Below are positions 60,462-64,000 of a stretch of 64,000 bases of DNA, piece after piece. The DNA is from Botryllus schlosseri (taxonomy: Eukaryota). Position 1 is the first letter of the stretch. Each line of letters starts with the position of its first letter. The DNA lies in assembly GCA_051294905.1 (NCBI GenBank), contig CM119378.1:4156001-4220000 (forward strand), read 5' to 3'. The position numbers were made by a program, and so were the translations under genes. The notes under the pieces are model-generated. The model was not told the origin of the DNA. It was given only the letters and a program-made list of their open reading frames with translations, and did no database searches.

Positions 60462-62637
60462 ATCTACCACGACTGGGCAACCACAGAGAGTGCTAGCATT
60501 TTCAGGTAGCTTCGTAAAGAAGTATGGCAATCTTACAGTTTACGAATCAACGCAATATAAATATACATGTAAGTTCCAACGAACAACACAATCATATTCG
60601 CAATGTATTCACTCTAAGCTTTTCAACTGATACGGTAGGCCTATATATACTCTGGTCATGGCACTGCGACAACCCCACAATTGGCCTTAAAAGTCAAAAA
60701 TCGTCATTGGTCCGTATAATCGGAACAATGACGTATTGTGGCGCTCCAATTGTTAGCAACAATGCCAATTTATAGCTGTATCCGGCTTCCCAGCCGTGCA
60801 ATGACGAGTTGCGCATACTGTCATCGGTCCGTAGGTTAGTTAAATATATTAATAATATCACCATCCGAAACATGTAGTGCAAAGTGCGACGAAACACGTA
60901 CGCGTTAAGAAAAACAGATTATCTTTGTGTGGTGTAGAACTGGCGTCATATTTGCGTGGTCGCGTTAATGATACATGTTTGAACTTTACACGGCATCCAT
61001 ACTTTTATGATTTAATGGTAGTGACACTCGAATCGCTCAGGTACGCCGATTTTGCCCGGCCCTTATCAAGAGTCGTTTGATTGAATTTTTTGTCCGGGCT
61101 GTGTCTACAGTCGATAGTACAGCTTGATGGCATTGCTCTGATTATACTATTCCGATCGAGAACTTGTGAAGGCGTACGCAGCGTCGTGTAATTGGTATTT
61201 CGAACACAGCCGATGTATGCTGCCGTGTAAAATGAAATCATCTTTATAGCTGCTACTTGTGTGATTCAACGGACCAATAAGCGGGAAAACCGAACTGTGT
61301 ACTCTTCTGTATTTTGCTTCACATCTTAGCCAGTTCTCTCTCTCTCTCTCCACTCGGCCTGGTTCAATCATCGAATACGCTTTTCCTATTACAATATCAA
61401 GTGTGTGCTAATATATCGTTTGTTGTCTCGTGGGATGTTCATTCATAATCGAATTCTATTGTGTAGAGTTGTAATGGCCGCATCTTCACAGCTACAATCA
61501 CCGCAATAAATCAACTTAGTCAGAATGTGGGACGTGTTGTGAGTTTTTTTTAATTCGGTGCGCGACTAATATCTATCCAGAAGATGAGCGCTATCTTGAT
61601 CTCGAGACGCGAATAAATTTACTCAAACTGTAAGGAAATCTACAGCTTTTTATTTGGAATCAACGCTGTCACGAACCAAATTTATAACGAGTTTGCTGCC
61701 ATGTTGATGCTGGGTAGATGACAAGAGATCGGTTTTACAAATTGACGCAGAGTCGACGTGCAGCGTGAATAGATTAATACTTATATTATTGCATTCGATT
61801 GTTGGAAATCCGTGCGGTTATACCTTTGTCTCGATTTTCCGCTGCTGGTCTGGTTAGAGATGATATGGTTGGGGCATCCACATCGCGATGCGAATCACTG
61901 AGCGTGAGCAGTTGACCACTGATCCGATGAAGACCCCACAATGCCAGCATTGTAAAGATCCTTTTCCTTTTACTCAATCGTAGATCCACACAGTGAAATG
62001 AAATGGTCGTTCTTTCTAGTTCCAACTTCCGAAGACATGCGGCTTAAACTAGCGAAATATGGGCCTTCCAAAACAAGGCAATCTCAATTTCGGGTATTTT
62101 ATGACGCTGTTTCTACCCTGACGTCGAACGTTAACACCAGGAATTGGCACGGCACATTACTATAAAAAATCTTTGATAATCCCGGTAAAATCTTGGGTTG
62201 ACTCGGCGTACGGTACGAGTGGGAGTTGGCGTACTGGTAAGTTCATTGCCGTCGATGGGAGGTCCCGCTGCGACTATCGGCTGTAGCAAATGTCGTAGTT
62301 TTATCTGCTCCCCGCCCACGTACGGGCGAACACAAGTGAAGTTAATGAAAAAGTCAAGGAAAAGACGCCTGAAAGACAGTTCGATTATAAGAGACCGTAC
62401 TAGGTCGTTTCAGCATCCTAATATCCGTTCATATTACATCGCATACTGTGCATTATGTGTATTGAGCGGATAAAAGATTAACGGATTGAGTAGGCGACTG
62501 TAGTTATCCCTCTACTAGCTAGATTACCGGACCACAATCTCGCATCCGACCTCGCCTACCGACACACGCCGCATTCATTTTCGCCGCTCCCTTTGTTTTT
62601 AAATCCAGTGTGGATGCCTCTTATTTACATGCTAGGG

Positions 62638-63442
62638 CAGGGGCGGGCAACATACGGCCCGCGAAAGAATTTTGTCCGACCCGCGGACAGTTTTCCGTCT
62701 TGCATGATAATGTGGCCCGCGGCCCCAGTCTTCCAAGATTCCCCACTACTTGCTTAGATACGTCAAATTTTAGTGACTGTATGTTATTATACACAACACA
62801 TGTATGCGCAGCGAGCGAGGGTGGAGCTTGCGCGTAAGTTCGTTGAAGCGAGAAGACTAGCATTATCGGCGTTGACGATGTCATTTGTGGTAATCATGGT
62901 GTTTGTCCACTACAATGGTCATTTACACCACGCCTCTATTTCTTATTTTTAATTTCGTAACCGTCGACTTGTAGTACTGCACACTTCTAGCCTTTTGTAA
63001 GACACCGCTTGTGCCAGGGGTCGCCAACTCAAACCGGGTCGAGGGCCGCATGAATTCAATATCGAGACAAAATAGGCCACACAGTTGAACAACCACGCTA
63101 TCTCGCCACCTACTAAACCCCAATGAATTGATATCTTGGTAAATTTGGGGTACCGGGATTATCGAACGCCTTGAAATCCATGTTAAGGATTGCACAGTGT
63201 GTTGATTGATCAGAGAGAAGCAGACATGGTGGTGCCTGTATGACAATGCTGTTCTCAAATCCACATTTCTTCGGCATTATTGACGAGAAATGGCTTCGAA
63301 GTTACACTGCTGTCTTTGATTTATTCCTTGTATATGCGGATAAATGGGCGAATAATGGATCAATTCAGCAATCCGGCCCGCCAAGTAGCCTACTTAATTT
63401 TGCTATATCCGGCCCGCCGACTGGAGAAGTTGCCCGCCCCTG
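62638..63442. mobile_element. Charlie-like hAT MITE
   Basis: TIR CAGGGGCGGGCAAC; perfect TSD TGCTAGGG; GGCCCGC repeats. Confidence 0.9.
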
Positions 63443-64000
63443 TGCTAGGGCCTTGAACTCACATTTGCTCCCGGGCCAATTTCCAAATTTTTGATGACGT
63501 CGCGGGCCGCGCATCATCAAAACGGGGTAGGCTATTCAATTTCAATGTCTTCATAATTTTCAATCAATTTCAAATCATAATTTTAAATATTTGAATATAA
63601 TTGTAAGCCTGCTTGCTTTTGACGCGGGCCGCACAAGATGTTTTGCCACGCGCCCCGCGTGTTTCAGACCTCTGCTCTATTATAGGCCTGTTACTGCAGA
63701 GCATGGACCGGAGCCGGATTGGATATCCGGCCGGATTTTTCAATTTTGGCCGGATCAGTACTTTTTCTGATACGGCCGGAGCTGGATCAGTACTTTTTTG
63801 ATAAGGCCAGAATCTTTATGGATAAGTATGATGTTTGTAACTAAATAACTACCAACCAACAACATTCAAGTAATCGCCAAGCCAGCGCGAAAATAAAGAG
63901 CCATATTTTTAAATTCACGAACCACCCAATGATATGTATATCATTGGGACCACCGCACCGTGTTGGGCCTGATTTCCGGCAGAACTTTTTCATTTTTGGC

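Overview
Eukaryotic (animal, probably invertebrate; possibly a tunicate, which is inference only) genomic window with minimal introns of about 59-69 bp and many transposons. Genes: the 3' 15 exons of coatomer beta (COPB1, + strand, 489-9314); a convergent multi-exon adenosine deaminase (ADA, - strand, 17651-25737) ending in a CaaX-like motif (...SSKCSLI*) and using a probable GC-AG intron; and two tandem classical dynamin genes with intronless CDSs (49346-51940, diverged; 57374-59971, conserved). Between COPB1 and ADA lies a four-level nest: hAT > hAT > piggyBac-like > L1/Tx1-type LINE. The LINE is fused at its 5' end to a tRNA-like head and has complementary ends. A 4.5-kb P-superfamily element (38366-42913, 8-bp TSD) has non-matching outer termini and ~230-bp subterminal inverted repeats, and encodes a spliced, catalytically truncated THAP protein. 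A dispersed retroposed repeat carries a minimal type I hammerhead ribozyme consensus (4 copies, 3 in sense orientation in ADA introns). More than a dozen hAT MITEs have readable 8-bp TSDs; there are also mariner-like and MuDR-like MITEs and CR1/L2-type LINE tails. All calls are by eye; no searches were run.
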